A stretch of 64,000 bases of DNA from Raillietiella orientalis. Lineage: Eukaryota. The position numbers and the translations under genes were made by a program. The stretch's first letter is position 1. Every line of letters starts with the position of its first letter. Below the pieces are notes generated by a model. The model was given only the letters and a program-made list of their open reading frames with translations, ran no database searches and was not told the DNA's origin. Shown one piece after another: positions 11,950 to 26,699 of the stretch. The DNA lies in contig JAYWIR010000043.1 of the NCBI GenBank assembly GCA_036172245.1, positions 1,364,001 to 1,428,000 on the forward strand, read 5' to 3'.

Positions 11950-13950
11950 AGCGCTGAAAAGCGCCAGAATAGTCAGAGACTCTGAAAACTGGGGCCACCT
12001 TGTGGAAGACCGACCTAGGAAGCGGGCTCTCAGCCTCCCGTATCTTTAGGAGAACCATCACTTCGGGGCAAGCAGCCACAACCTTCCAGCAGGATCGCGA
12101 GCCAGCGGCAGTCCGAAGTTCGCCTCCATGCATGAATTGGCATCTCAGCAGCTCCTTGAGGATGCACTCGGAATTTCAACAACATCGAGACGTTGACGAC
12201 TGCTACAAGGAGCACTACATCCCGGCAGAAGGATCAGGGTCATTTCCACGTCCCCTCCCCTAGAACAGTTGGTTAGAGAGTGTGCGCTACTCTTTATCCA
12301 AAGATCGGCATCTTTGTATCCGTATATCGAGCAGCGCCAATGCACGGATACAACGAGTAGCGCTGCCACGAAACATACGAAGAGCGATGTTGCCGGTTCC
12401 CCACTTGAGGGGAGCACGGAGCTGTGCAGATATGATGGAATCGAAAACTCCATGGGACGGATATCCAAAAGTCCAGCCGTGAGAAGCAGTCCATTAGCGT
12501 AAAGACTGGAGGCTATCGATCGTGGCCAAATGGTTTTCCTACCAACAGCTTCGGAACTTCGGGATTGTCTCTGTGGAGGACACTCCTTCGCCGGCTGCTT
12601 GGCAACTATCCTTCCTATCCCATTGAAAACAGAGCACGGAGACTAAGAGAGTGGTGATGGCTCGAGTCCACTCCTTAGAATCACGCCGGACATTCACAAG
12701 GATGACACCTACAAGGAGCTGGATGGGGTGTATGGGCTCTTGGCTCGTCCTTGCGCCGCGTGCCCTGGTGTACTCGTTTGTGGGCAGCTCCAGGGAAACG
12801 CCGATAGCGAGAGTCTGGAGGACGATTTCCGCAAGGCTTGTCTGGTGGAGCAGCCCTGGTGTGTGGACTCCCGATTATAAATAGGGCAGATGGAATGCCA
12901 AGCTGGAAGAGGCGGAAATGCCAAATGTAAAACGAACATGGGCACACTTTGTAGATTGCCCCCAAAGGGACGAGCGACCTCCCCACCACCACCACATGGC
13001 GAGGAACTCTTCCCCCTGATAACTGCATTGTGATGAATCCTGAAAGCAGAAAGACGGAAGTGGAGATGGTGGTCAGCTCTACTGAAAGGAGTAACGGGGA
13101 TCTGCATCAGAAACCGTGAGGTCTTGCCAGCATGAACGGGACCTCCAACCTTAAGAGAAAACTACAATACTGCAGCCCGCTGAAGACTACCGTCCTGTCA
13201 AACGGGAAGGACAAATGCTGTGTACAGTGTAATGTAATTTAGGTATCGATAAAAGCTCTCCAGCTGGGCAGAGGGGAGGGGAAGGTTTTGAACTCGCTTT
13301 CTCCAAGACGAAGCTTTTCCCTTCCTTCCCAAAGCTTCTCTGAAGCATGGGAGCCGTAGGATACTCCTGCAGCAAGACGGAGCGAGAGGAATCTAGAACA
13401 CGAGAGAGGCATTTGCTTCTTCGGGTTCATTTTCTATCGATTTCCTTGTTGCCTGTTCACCTGAACCTGCCCTTGACCTTGTCACCTCTTCGGCTGCTCT
13501 GATGGGCTCAGGGGTACCCTGCTCAGGAGGGAACTCAAAGAGGATCCAAAGCTTTGAAAAGCATCCGCGATGTGAACCTGCTGGAGGTGGAGATCGCGGA
13601 GGGTTTGCGTTTGGCATCGCCGCGTGGTACCAGACCTTCACACCCTATCACATGATGGGAAAGTTTGAAATTTGCCAAGTGATGTACCATCACATTAGGA
13701 CACCGTCGTAAGCAAAGTTGGTCAGTAATGAACGTTTTTCGAAACCAGTTCCCTTGCTCTCCCTCCGTTCCCGAACATCCTGCATGCAATTTCTACCCAG
13801 TGCTTTAGGTGGAACTTCCAGCAGTCGCAGACTACACTGATGATTCTGCTTAGGAAGGTCATTTAGATCGTTTTTGCTTTCCGGTTGCCAAGGCAAAGAT
13901 ATTTCAAGCGACTGAGTCGACGTCCGGAGCTGAGGGAAGACGTGCATGTG
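11950..13950 (-). mobile_element. Decayed RLE-type (R4/NeSL/R2 group) non-LTR retrotransposon
   Basis: In order on minus: LPWQP..DLPK, HHLANFKLSHHVI (WxDxxNAF..H-like), QG-fs-LSP (~13515), KMNPKK (~13425), ESFYRYL (~13250), PRHVVVVGRSLVPL (PRxxGGRGL-like, ~12990), NCSRGGDVEMTLILLPGC..RQR (zinc knuckle, ~12270-12190), CPEVMVL (PD-like, ~12065). Confidence 0.55.
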
Positions 13951-15949
13951 CAGAACACGCGGGTCGCCGAGTCAAGGATGTCACGTGCTGATTCCGCCTC
14001 TCCCAAGAGTGGGGAGGCACGGCACAAGGAGAACAGGACCGCTCTCCAAACAAGCAAGAGATGTGGTCCATTCGAAATATCTGGATCTTCATGGATTGCC
14101 TTTCGAAACGTTTCGAAATATCCAGGCGAAGCGCCAGCATCTTTCTAGACACTTTCGCCATGCCCAGGCAAAAAACGGTTGTCTCTTACCGGCAGGAACT
14201 TCAGTTCCCGTGAATTGATGTACGTGGAAAGTGTTGACACACGCAGTTAAAGTAAATGTCCTCGTGTACATCAAAGACCATCGAGAGTTGGAAACGTTAC
14301 ATCAATGTCTTGCAAAGGCAATAGAGAACTTTAAAAAATCAAAAAACCAGACCCAATATCTGTTCGTACTTGTCTACAAACAGTTGAAATTCCACAAATA
14401 AAACTTGCTCCCCTGTGTTACTACGAATCATGTTAAGGCTTCCTTTTGCTCTGCTAAAAGCTTAAGGTACACACAGATGAGATTGAGTTCTTCTTAAACA
14501 CTGAATTCACATTGAAACCGATTATTAACACATTATGAGCAAGAGGAATAGGTGATTCCTGGAGAGCAAACCATTGCTCACATTCATAAAAACAGGAGAG
14601 CATCAAAGAATGGAAAGACATAGTTCGTTGTAGATGACAATGATAGGTTATGTGCACATTCTATGGACTCCAGGATATGTAGACTAATCCATATTCCATG
14701 TTACAAAATGCTCATAAAGACCTGATCCTTCTTTTCGTTAATGTATATGCTATCAAACATAAAAGTGCGTTTCTGCATAATAAAATGAAAATTGTAATTG
14801 AGTTACCGATTACAATAAAAACTAATTTATGAACTATGAACTGAGATTTAACATATCTATGTCAAATTCATTCAGTTAACATTAACAATGAATGCAGTCT
14901 TTTGCACATTTTGGGATACTAATCAACTCAAGAGTTCATGACCAATGCTTTCCTATACTTAGCTATTTCTGAGTTCGTATAAATATTACTGGGTCAAATA
15001 CTTCCTTACTACTCTCATGAATAATCTATAAATATGGATTACACAACAGAAATATGTAATATGCAATAGGTAGCCAGTTAGAGATTTCAATAATATAGAA
15101 TGAATTGAAAAGCATCACATCCTCAAAGGAATTGCTTATCATGACAATAAACAGCTCGTGGATTCAATAAAGATTTATTGCAGTATTATTTTAAAATAGC
15201 AACAATAACAATTTTGGAATTCGGTGACACAGAAACAGTAATAGTGTAGAACTTCACAAATGCTCCTTAAGTGAACAATATCGCTACAAACATACAACTA
15301 CATTACAGACTAAAATGCAAAAGACACTGAACAAAGATGTAGCGGATTCCATTGAGTGCAACAGAAAGTTCAACAGGATAAAAATAATCACCAAGTTCAA
15401 AAAACAATTTGGAAGACCATCTCATTAGACTCCATTTTTATTGGTGAAAAAGTTCCAATAATTTATAGAACTTTCACATTTTGGTGAAAGTAATTTTATT
15501 CATATTCATATTTATTTTTCTTTTTTTTACTTTTCCCAAAATTTTGTAATATACCGCGCATAAATTAGTAAAATGTAGGATGGGAATCCAAAATTATTTT
15601 TCAGTTATTCTGAAAACGGGGTAAGTTAAAAGAAAGAGATTTAGCCAGAGATAGGTTTGTGTATGTGTGGAATTTCAATGTTGCTGACTTGTAAATTAGT
15701 CACAACACAATACTTGTGACTTGGAATGCTCTTACATAGAATGGAATTAATTGAGTTTAAAATCTCAAAGATGTTTTTTGAAAGCAATATGCATGGTCCA
15801 GAGACGACATACTGTCACACAATGCTGTCCTGTACTAGTGCAGAAAGTAGTGCTGCCACTTCTAGTAAAGGATAACAATAAGACCACATCTTGTAACATC
15901 TTAGATAAAAGTTTCGAAATACCACAAAAAGCATCTCTAAAATGGTATA

Positions 15950-16560
15950 TAATTCGTATTCCATACGAATTACTTAATGAGGCAGCCTCTTCAAAAGTGA
16001 GTGGTCCTCTTTCTTTTAACTATCTGCAAAATGAGTTAAGGATTCGTGTGCAGATTTTTGACATCAAGATGCACTAACCAAAAATCGTAAGGGAGACTTC
16101 GCAAAGGCGCCTCAGATTAGGATTGCATTCTTTGCAGATGTCTCATTAGCTTATTTTGTGGCATGTGAAGTAAAGCAGTACAAGATTTTGCCTGTCCCAG
16201 TAACTAGCAGGTTCCATGTACCAAATCCCCATCGAGGTCTGACCAGGTTCTGCAGAAAGATAACTGGGCTGTTATTCTGGATTCTACTGCGCACTTGAGA
16301 ACATATTAGCAACTCTTCACAACAGCCTGGGAAGAAAACAAAGATAAGCACAGAGAAATGACCACTTGGATTTCCAGAACATGCATTCCTACCGATTTGA
16401 AGGCCCTGGTGGTCAGCTGACTTAGATCTTGAGATCCAAAGAATAATGGAGCTCTGCAGAAGATAGAGATTCCCTTGTTATATGTGAAGATGAATTTTCT
16501 TCAGTGACTGTTATAGCAGGGACATCTATTGGACTCACTAATTGGGAACTAAATCAAAGA
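15950..16560 (+). mobile_element. Possible ancient non-LTR RT relic
   Basis: GDFAKA (~16095), VLQKD (~16247), PTDLK (~16390) and IGLTN (~16530) at RT-like spacing; no open frame. Confidence 0.3.
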
Positions 16561-17819
16561 ATATTTTAATTCACTTTCAAGATTTAATATAAATATTATA
16601 TTTAAAATCAGGTATAAAAGCATTATTTTATTATAATGAATAATTAATGTATTTAAATATTTTTATGTTACATGATATAATATGTACATATGCACATATA
16701 CATATATATGTGCATATATACTCCCACTGGACACCTGACCCTAGTCCTTGTGAGCTTCCAGAACTTCCATTGGACAAGATCCAAATAAACTGCAAGTTCT
16801 TCCAACTTGGAGTGAGAGGTAACTGGAAGATGGCTGCTTAAAGCCTTGCCTTACATTGAAAATGGATCACATGGCAATAAGATTTCTCGTCTCCATAACA
16901 TGCAGTTTTACTGGAAAGAATGGGCAAAATCCCTATCCCTTTATGTAGCTAATTATATCTTTTAAAATGAAGTGAAATACACAGAGATTATACATTTATT
17001 TTGAAGAAATCCACATCAACAGCATTTGTCTTCATAAACATGTTAGTTTTACTGTCTTTATAAAGAAATATAGAAATCCAAGTTTGAATTGTTACTCAAG
17101 TGTCAATTGTTACAAACAAGCATCTGACATAAGTCTCAAAGTGTGACAACCACTTAATAAAATGACCTCAAATAAACACTTCTTCAAATTTGCAATACTG
17201 TAAGAAAAAAAAAAAAAAACATTAAAATAACAGCCAATTTTCTACTCCTATAAAATGTTCGCACAGTTTAAAAATTTGATGACTGGAGCATATTGTAAGA
17301 AAGCTGACTGAAATTAAGTGTTCTAAATAAAAAAAGAACCCACAACTTGTCTATGGTTAACAAAATCTGATATGTCCATAGATGTAGAAACAATATTCTG
17401 AAACAAAAATCATTACTTGATAAACACTAACAAATCAACGAGGAGGACTCTTTGATTAACTTACTTGTATTGGCATTTTCAAATTAATGTGATACTTTCA
17501 GCTTTCACATAAACTTTATTACCCTTGCAACAAAGCGGTAATTTTCAGGACACAATCTTGAAACAATAAGTCTCTAAAAACACACTTGCAAAGGGTTTTT
17601 CACATATCACAATTCAGAATCTTGAAACAAACCATCGCACCCACACAGTCTAAATTCGCAATTAAAGTTTAATTCCGATACATATTAATAGGAATTTAAT
17701 CAAATTTGGGAGAAGAAATATTAAAACGTTCACTGCAGAATGCTATTTTACGGTGACGATAAAATGGTGCTTTGCGTTGGTAAATTCCAAACCTCACTTG
17801 ACTTCAACAGATACCATGT

Positions 17820-18212
17820 TCAGTAATTTAGAACCTTTAATAAAAATGAGCAGGTATCACATTGCACTGTGTGATTTTCACTGATGTTTACATTCTCAAT
17901 AAGAAATTCACCTCCACATCTGCACGCGTATTTGATGCAACTATCAGTTCGGTCACAGTCCTCCAAATCACTTCTGTGGACCGTGCACAGCACCGGAAAC
18001 TGGTCTTGGTCTTGCACAGAGACATCCAAGTCGTACTGCCTCCGGGAATCGAAATCCCTCAGAACTTGCCATGCTTCCTGCAAGAGGACAAAATCCTTGG
18101 AACTCCCACGACCCTTGTCAGGATGCGTTTGCAGGATTAACTTTTGGTACGCCTTCTTTATTTCTTCACGCCTGGCAGAACTGCTGATGCCTAAAATTTC
18201 ATAGTAATTCAT
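17820..18212 (-). CDS. DPH4: DPH4 / DNAJC24 J-domain + CSL zinc-finger diphthamide biosynthesis protein, intronless, 130 aa
   Basis: MNYYEILG..EIKKAYQKLILQTHPDK (J-domain HPD) ..YACRCGGEF..VQCDTCS (CSL zinc finger); ATG at 18212-18210, TGA ending at 17820. Confidence 0.95.
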   Translation of the reverse strand: MNYYEILGISSSARREEIKKAYQKLILQTHPDKGRGSSKDFVLLQEAWQVLRDFDSRRQYDLDVSVQDQDQFPVLCTVHRSDLEDCDRTDSCIKYACRCGGEFLIENVNISENHTVQCDTCSFLLKVLNY

Positions 18213-18418
18213 GTTTACTTCACTGTCTGTCCACAATTTTCGAAGCACAACCGCGCTGACGACCGGGGGGGCCTCCCGACCCGCGGCTGGACCTGGACTG
18301 GGGGAACCGCGCCGACCTCTCCTGCAGCGCTCCTGGCGTGGCACGCTGGGCAGATGTGCACCCCGGTGTGTCACCGTGCTCGGCCGAGGGTTGAGGATTT
18401 CGTGATTCCAAAACAAAG
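18213..18418. promoter_or_regulatory. Putative bidirectional promoter shared by DPH4 and PCCB
   Basis: Only 206 bp separate the two divergent start codons; locally GC/CpG-rich island in an AT-rich background. Confidence 0.7.
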
Positions 18419-20628
<2,210 letters not shown>

Positions 20629-21899
20629 AGTCTTTCCATTAAAAGATTTCCCTTTTATAACATTGTCAGAAAGATTATATTGCTTTATTTAGTTTACAAG
20701 GAACTTAAGATTTCATTTTAATCTCATATCGCGTTAGATTCCATTTTATTTTCCCAGTTTGCCTTATCAGAAGCCCTCTGTGTTTATAGCCTTAGTAACT
20801 TTGTTCAGTTGATTTCTATTTTGAAATATTCTTGTTTGCAATGAAAGATTCTCCCTCATGTTTTTGCTGCACAAGCTGAAAGTTTACACAACAGTTTGTT
20901 CTGGAAGTCAGGTCTTGTCACGGATTTATCGTTACCCCACTTTCTGATTTGCATGGGAAGTCACCACTTGAGAAAACAATTATGTGTATTCAAATAATGC
21001 AACAATTTAAAGAAAAAGAAATGCAACTACTACTTCAGGAATAATAGAACAACGATAGGGGCATGATAACCGAAAGGTTATTTGCAAAGGCCTTTTGCAA
21101 TTCGAATGAAAAGTATGAAAATCTAAATGGTTACTTAATGAAATATTCTTTTGTCAAAGCAAAAGTCAAATACAAAACAATTTTTCTGATAAGTCTGCCC
21201 TGTATTTTGTATGTATTTCATACAAAATACAGGGCATTATTAAATATTGAATTGTGAAAATGCGAGTCCTCATTGCATTTTGGGAAGAGAACTTTCAACC
21301 TCCTTTACCAAAGATATGAAAAACCAAAATGCATTCGCAGTTTCTGGAAATCTAGCGTCAACTTAGAAGCTTTGTAAGATGCTTTCACAGTGATTTCCGA
21401 GAATTTTAGAGACAATGAATTATCAAGCTTACGATAAAATGGGGGGAATCCTGACAGCAGACAAGGTTTACGGGAGCGAAGGTAAAGGGAGCCAAGAGTG
21501 CACAGCTCTGGGCTGCATGTTTCCTACCAAGTTTTCCCTTTGGAGAATCGCAGTATCTTAACTCGAAAACGAATCGTGAAATCAACAGTCAAAACAAGAA
21601 GCACGCAGAGGATTCCCATTGTATTCTAAAGATTATCGGATGAATGGTAGGGGGGTGCTCGTCTTGGTGTGCTGGGGCTGCAAACGCAAAGGCATGGATG
21701 AAAGTGGCCGCACCTTTTTTTTCAGTCGGTTCCAACGCTGAAATTTCCTGCTGAGCGCCTGGAAGTACCGTGGAAAAAGGAAAAAGCAATGGAACGCGAG
21801 GGTAATATATGCTTGAAAGAAAACGTTTGGTCTTATTCTCGCCCGGGTGCGCCGGGGCGTCTCTTGCTAAACTACCCGGGAACCGGGTTCCCGGACAAA

Positions 21900-22520
21900 G
21901 GGTGCAGAAAAACGGAGGGATGGCTCCCCGACACGCAGGTCGGCAAATCCGAAAGTCCAGAACGGGGGGGTGCGGAACACTAATGAATATCTAAAAGAAA
22001 ATATAAATAAAAATATGGGGGGGGGGGGGACAGAGGTCTTTGGCTTCGGCTGTTCCTTTCTTTCAGAACCGGCGTTGGATGCCGGAGATCTTCCTGACGT
22101 CTTCTGGAAGATGAGGCCGCACGGCAGCAGACGTCATGTTCTCATCGGCTATTCCGGTGGCCTCTCGAAGAATCGCCTGCGACTACCGCTGTCGGTGAGC
22201 CTTGTCGATGGCGCGGATGCAACATACCGCTGCGACAACAGCACTTAACGACAGGCCGCATGGCGTGAAGAAGGGGCGCATCAAATCCCTTGTGGTGTCC
22301 CCCTGGGGCAGGAGAACTGAGGCCAGCCTCCGCCACAGTCCTTGGAGGACACCGCAGTCGAAAAGAAGGCGCGGGAGCGTTTCTGCTGCTCCGCACCTTT
22401 TACAGTTCGGGGAGGCAACTCCCCCGAAGACAGTGTTCGCGCGCTGGTTGCAATGGTAGCCCCAATGCACCAGCAAAAGCACGTCCTCTTTCCATGAGAG
22501 GGGAAACACAGAAGTTTGAA
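21900..22520 (-). mobile_element. 3' fragment of the L1/Tx1-like family seen at 55-63 kb
   Basis: LLLVHWGYHCN..CKRCGAAETLPRLLFDCGVLQGLW..AVCCIRAI aligns with C-terminal zinc-knuckle regions at 56.2-56.5, 58.2-58.5 and 62.6-62.9 kb; followed by a T-rich 3' UTR-like tract. Confidence 0.75.
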
Positions 22521-23299
22521 CGTTTGGTCTTATGTGAGCTTTTTGAACCTTTGAGATAACCGAAAAGCCTACTTATCTGACAAACACAGAGTCCACTTGG
22601 GGATTCGTGATAGCAGCTGCGAATTATACACCTAAATGCCTCCGAGGTGAATCAAAATCCGTCCCTGGAATGCAAGATTGAACAAGATATGCAAGATAAA
22701 ACGAAAAACTCGGGACCTACGAAAGGCAAAAATTTGCTTCATCCCTCTCACTTCCCAAATTACCAACCTAGCCTTGCAAGGACAACATGGAGAAGAGGCA
22801 GTGAAAGGAGTAGTAGGCTGTCATCCTCGAATCAGTCTGCAGCCACAGACATCCTCACATACTCGTCTTCGACTCGCGCATGGAATGCATGCCCTTTGTC
22901 CCTTCTCCCCTGCCGTTTCACGTCTGCTGCCCGTCCTTCCTCTGGACAACGGCGTCGCCGTGGCAGATGCCGACGGAGCGACAGATTTCGCGGGATGCAA
23001 TTTGTTCTCTGGGCCACGTTGGTTGTGGTTATAGTGTCTGGCTCTTCATCTGCAGAGAGCAATCTTGCAAACTCTAGCCTCGCCTAGCACTGTAAAAGAG
23101 GACATTATAGCAACGTGCAGCGGAAACGCTTTACGACTTGGGTGCGGTGCGGTGAACGATGCAACCGCAACTGCCCCAAGCAAGCAACAAGTTTCTGTGC
23201 TGAGGATCATCTCCTTGCGATTCACTACTTCCAACCACAGCGCCGGGCACGCAGTCAGGTTCGAATCCACTTAAGGCGTTTCATGAAATTTGGGGAAAG

Positions 23300-25680
23300 A
23301 ATGGCGAGATTCTTGCAGCTTCTAGCACGATAAGCATGCCCTGAGAATCGTATGCAACGTTTCTCAATTGCTTCGTTTTCGACGGGGATGTCTATTGGGT
23401 AGCTGCTTGCTGTCTCCATCGGTGGCTCGCAACCAATCCTGCAATTGGGTGTCATGCGAGACGTACTGCATGTTCAAACAGATCAAAGCTCAGCGAAGAG
23501 AGCGCAAGCGGAAAGCTAACGACATTGGAAGAGGACAACACGCAAGCAGATCGTTTGCTGAAATCAATCCGAAGTGAAGAGGAAAACCGAAATCAGTGAT
23601 TATTGCTTCGCGAGACAAATCAACAAGGCTCATGCAGGGGAGCAATGTACGATGGCGGTTTTTCCCAAACGGGAAAGTGCTTTCGACTGTACTTTGTTTG
23701 CCCAGTGAGAAAAGGACTTTGAGCAGCTACATGCCTAGCGACTGTGTCAGCAATGCTCTCTTGCTCCTGCTCACCCGATCCAATAGCTCCGAAGACAAAG
23801 TTCATCGGTGCTGGATTTCCTCAGCAAACCTAGCTCCAGTGTTCCCAGTTGTGCTCGTCATTGAAACGCCTGTGCCGTCGTGTTCTGCGAGCATTTTTCT
23901 GAGTCTCTTCGTACGAGCGATAGAGCGGGGTGCATACAATGTCCTGTAGCATACAGCACACAGCGTATGAGACATGCTGCAGCCTTGTGTAAGTACACGA
24001 TGACGCACGCGCTTGGCGTGCGTGGCACCGTGTGCGGAGCAGACGAATTTTGTAACGTTTCCGGACTGCCGCCGGCGAAGTGAAAGGGCACGCAATATTC
24101 GGAGCAGTCTTCCTAGGTGTCCCACGACGGGACCCCTGGAAGAATGGTCGCGCTCGCCAGAAGTGTTTTCCGACGATTCCATGTTTTATTTTGCACGAGT
24201 AGCAGCTCGCAATGTGACCATGACCAACACACTTCCAGAGACGACGCTCAACAACTACGTTACCTAGGCAGCCTTTCAAGAGGGGAAGAAGCAAACAAAC
24301 AAAAGCGACGAAAACTACTTCATCGATGAAGTTTACTAGAAACTTTATTGTTTGTTGTGTGTAATTACATAGCTTGTTTGCAGGGGACTCTGGACAATCT
24401 CTTCCGCAGTTGTTGTTTTCTTCTCGTCGTCTTTACGGGGCTTCCTCCACTTGCTCGATTTCCTACGGTGGGAGACCATTGTCTAGATGATCCAGTTGGT
24501 TATTGGTTTTCCTTCTGACCATGGGTTGCACTTGAGTACCGGATACACGTAGCCACCATGCAGTGCCTCAGTTCCACCAGCTTCTTTTTGGCACTTCTAT
24601 ATGCTGTAATACTTCCTCGTTACCAGGATCCCATGCTCCTAGAGAGCCGACGATGATCGCGTGTACTTTACTTTGTTTTCACCACTCCACAGTTGCATTG
24701 CTCCATCCTTGTATTTTTCTTCCTTGTTCTTTCTGGTTGTGCTGAACGTCCCCTTTCCATTTTTGTATGGGCAGCGGAAGTCTAGCACACATATCCGGTT
24801 TTCGTTTTGGAGAACTAGATCTATTTTTGGGCTGGAAAGGGTTCCTGGCACTCTCCGGTTTCCTGAGACAAGACTCCACTTTGCTTCATCCCCTGCGGCC
24901 TTGCTGATGATTTCTTGAATCACCCTGTGGCGTGCCATTGCCAGAGGAACGCGCTTCTTGCATCTATTTAACACGTGAGATAGCGTTTCATCCTCTGTTC
25001 CGCAACGCCGTCGCGGAACACACCGCCTTTGTGAGTGCTGGGCGAGGAAGGAGCGGTGGGCTGGAGCTACCACTAATAAATACGTGTGCGCCGAGCCCGT
25101 CCCCCCTCCCCCGCATTGTTTTGCTTTTTGTGTTTTAAGGTGACCGAGGTGATGAGGCGGGTCTCGACGAAAGGAAGCGTCAAAATTCTCAAGCCTGAGG
25201 GAGTGTTGGAAGTACTGTCGGAGGGCAGCCGGTTCCGCAGCTCCCTCTGGCAAACCATGAGCACCTGCCACACCCGGTCCAAGGTAGGACGCAAACCATC
25301 AACCAGCGTTATATGGGTGTGAATTGCGTGAGCTGCTCTTCACCATGATTGTGCAACTTGTTGTTCTAGAATTTACTTCCTGGAATAAATTCTGGGAGAG
25401 CAACGCAGCAGAGCGGACACCGGAAGACGCCTGGAGGAAGGTGTTCCCATTTGAAAAATAAAAGGCGTTTGCTGCTTACCTTTTGATGTACCTCTTGTTT
25501 CATGATGTCCTTGTCATTCGAAAAGTGCTGAATGCACGAAGGGGGTGTCCTTCCTCATAGAAAAGGAGTGTAAGATGCTCAGCGGAGATTGGGGGCAGGG
25601 ATGCCAAGAGCTCTTAGTGATCTGACATGACTGAAAATTAAGCAGGAACGTCAAAAGTTTGGATAGGACTTTGAAAATAG
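23300..25680 (-). pseudogene. TERT: TERT-like (telomerase reverse transcriptase) pseudogene, frameshifted and interrupted by an RLE element
   Basis: Collinear remnants: T-like PLRAFSTFRMT (~25545-25510) and KRLLFF; motif 1 EFIPG (25392-25378); motif 2 LVNFID (after the insertion); A GHIASCYSCKIKH (~24219-24180); B' VLTQGCSMSHTLCAVCY (~23996-23946); C LLRKSSTDELCL (~23827-23792); D GKQSTVESTFP (~23702-23670); E LLPCMSLVDLSREAIITDF (~23645-23589); CTE LNMQYVSHDT (~23477-23448). Confidence 0.7.
24342..25365 (-). mobile_element. 5'-truncated RLE-type non-LTR retrotransposon (NeSL/Utopia/R2 group), zinc knuckle + restriction-like endonuclease
   Basis: ORF 24639-25271: RRCGTEDETLSHVLNRC..ARH..KIDLVL..VLDFRCPYKNG..RKNKEEKY, then IIVGSLGAWDPGNE in the shifted frame. 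AATAAA near the 3' end (~24349-24344); CTAGAA direct repeat at 24336-24341 and 25366-25371 is a candidate TSD. Confidence 0.85.
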
Positions 25681-26699
25681 GTTTGGGATATTCATCGAAA
25701 AATGCAATAGAACTGTAATAAGTGCAACTCTATTATCGATATACTCAGAAATAGACTCTTCGAATTGTCAGATTGATTGATTGATTTACAAGATTAAAGT
25801 GACCTGAAATAATTTTAAGGTCGCTTTCAGGCCACCTCTACTAAAGGAATTTGATAACATTTGTGTTCTTTAATAAAAGTATACTCTTCAAAAATGTGTG
25901 TTCTGGTTAAAACCACCTATCAGTACCAGTAGTTTTTTCAAAAGTAAACATTGCAAACTGTATAAATAGATTTAGAAATCGAAGTCTTCACAACCACGTC
26001 TTTATTGCAGATTCACAGTCTCGTCCTGATGCAAACAAGCTTGAAAAAGAAAAACAAAGAACAACATCGAATACATTTTTATCATCACTAACAATAATCA
26101 ATCATCCAACGAAAATTCATATTTCATATTTTAATTTTTTTATTCCATTGGGCATACATTACTGAACAGGATACTTGGAGCAGTAAACATCTACAACAAA
26201 TTTACATTATTTTTCTAATTGCTTTATTAACGGTTTGTACAACCATAAAAAAGAGTAAGGCTCTTTATGCCTAGGTATATGAAACAGATTTAATCCACTT
26301 GGGGAAAATTGTGATAGACGACATTTAATAAATCTGAAAATCACGCCGGATTGAGAAATCACACCATTAAGGATCACTTAGAGTTCTATTTGCTCCACCT
26401 ATATGATTTTTTCGCTCCATGTTTTGTGAATGGAATTGTTTAACAAAATCTGTTTTTCGTCTCTTTCATTTTCCTTTGAGCCCACAGAACTTGGGATAGT
26501 TGGTAGTTGATAGTTTCCCCAGCTTGTTGGGGCCACATCCATATAAGGAAAAACAAAACAAAAAAAGGCAGAAGCTGGTTGTGAGAAATTTAACACGCAA
26601 AATCGCCGTTTATTGAATCCAAAATTGTGACCCGCAGCACATTCCAACGAGGACGGAGACTCACTGAGGCAGAGAAAAGTTGTCCACCGCTGTTCCAAA

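Noticed and set aside
163..11985. Numerous long overlapping Arg/Pro/Gly-rich ORFs
   Set aside because: Expected from stop-poor GC-rich DNA; no coherent host-protein homology beyond the TE remnants listed.
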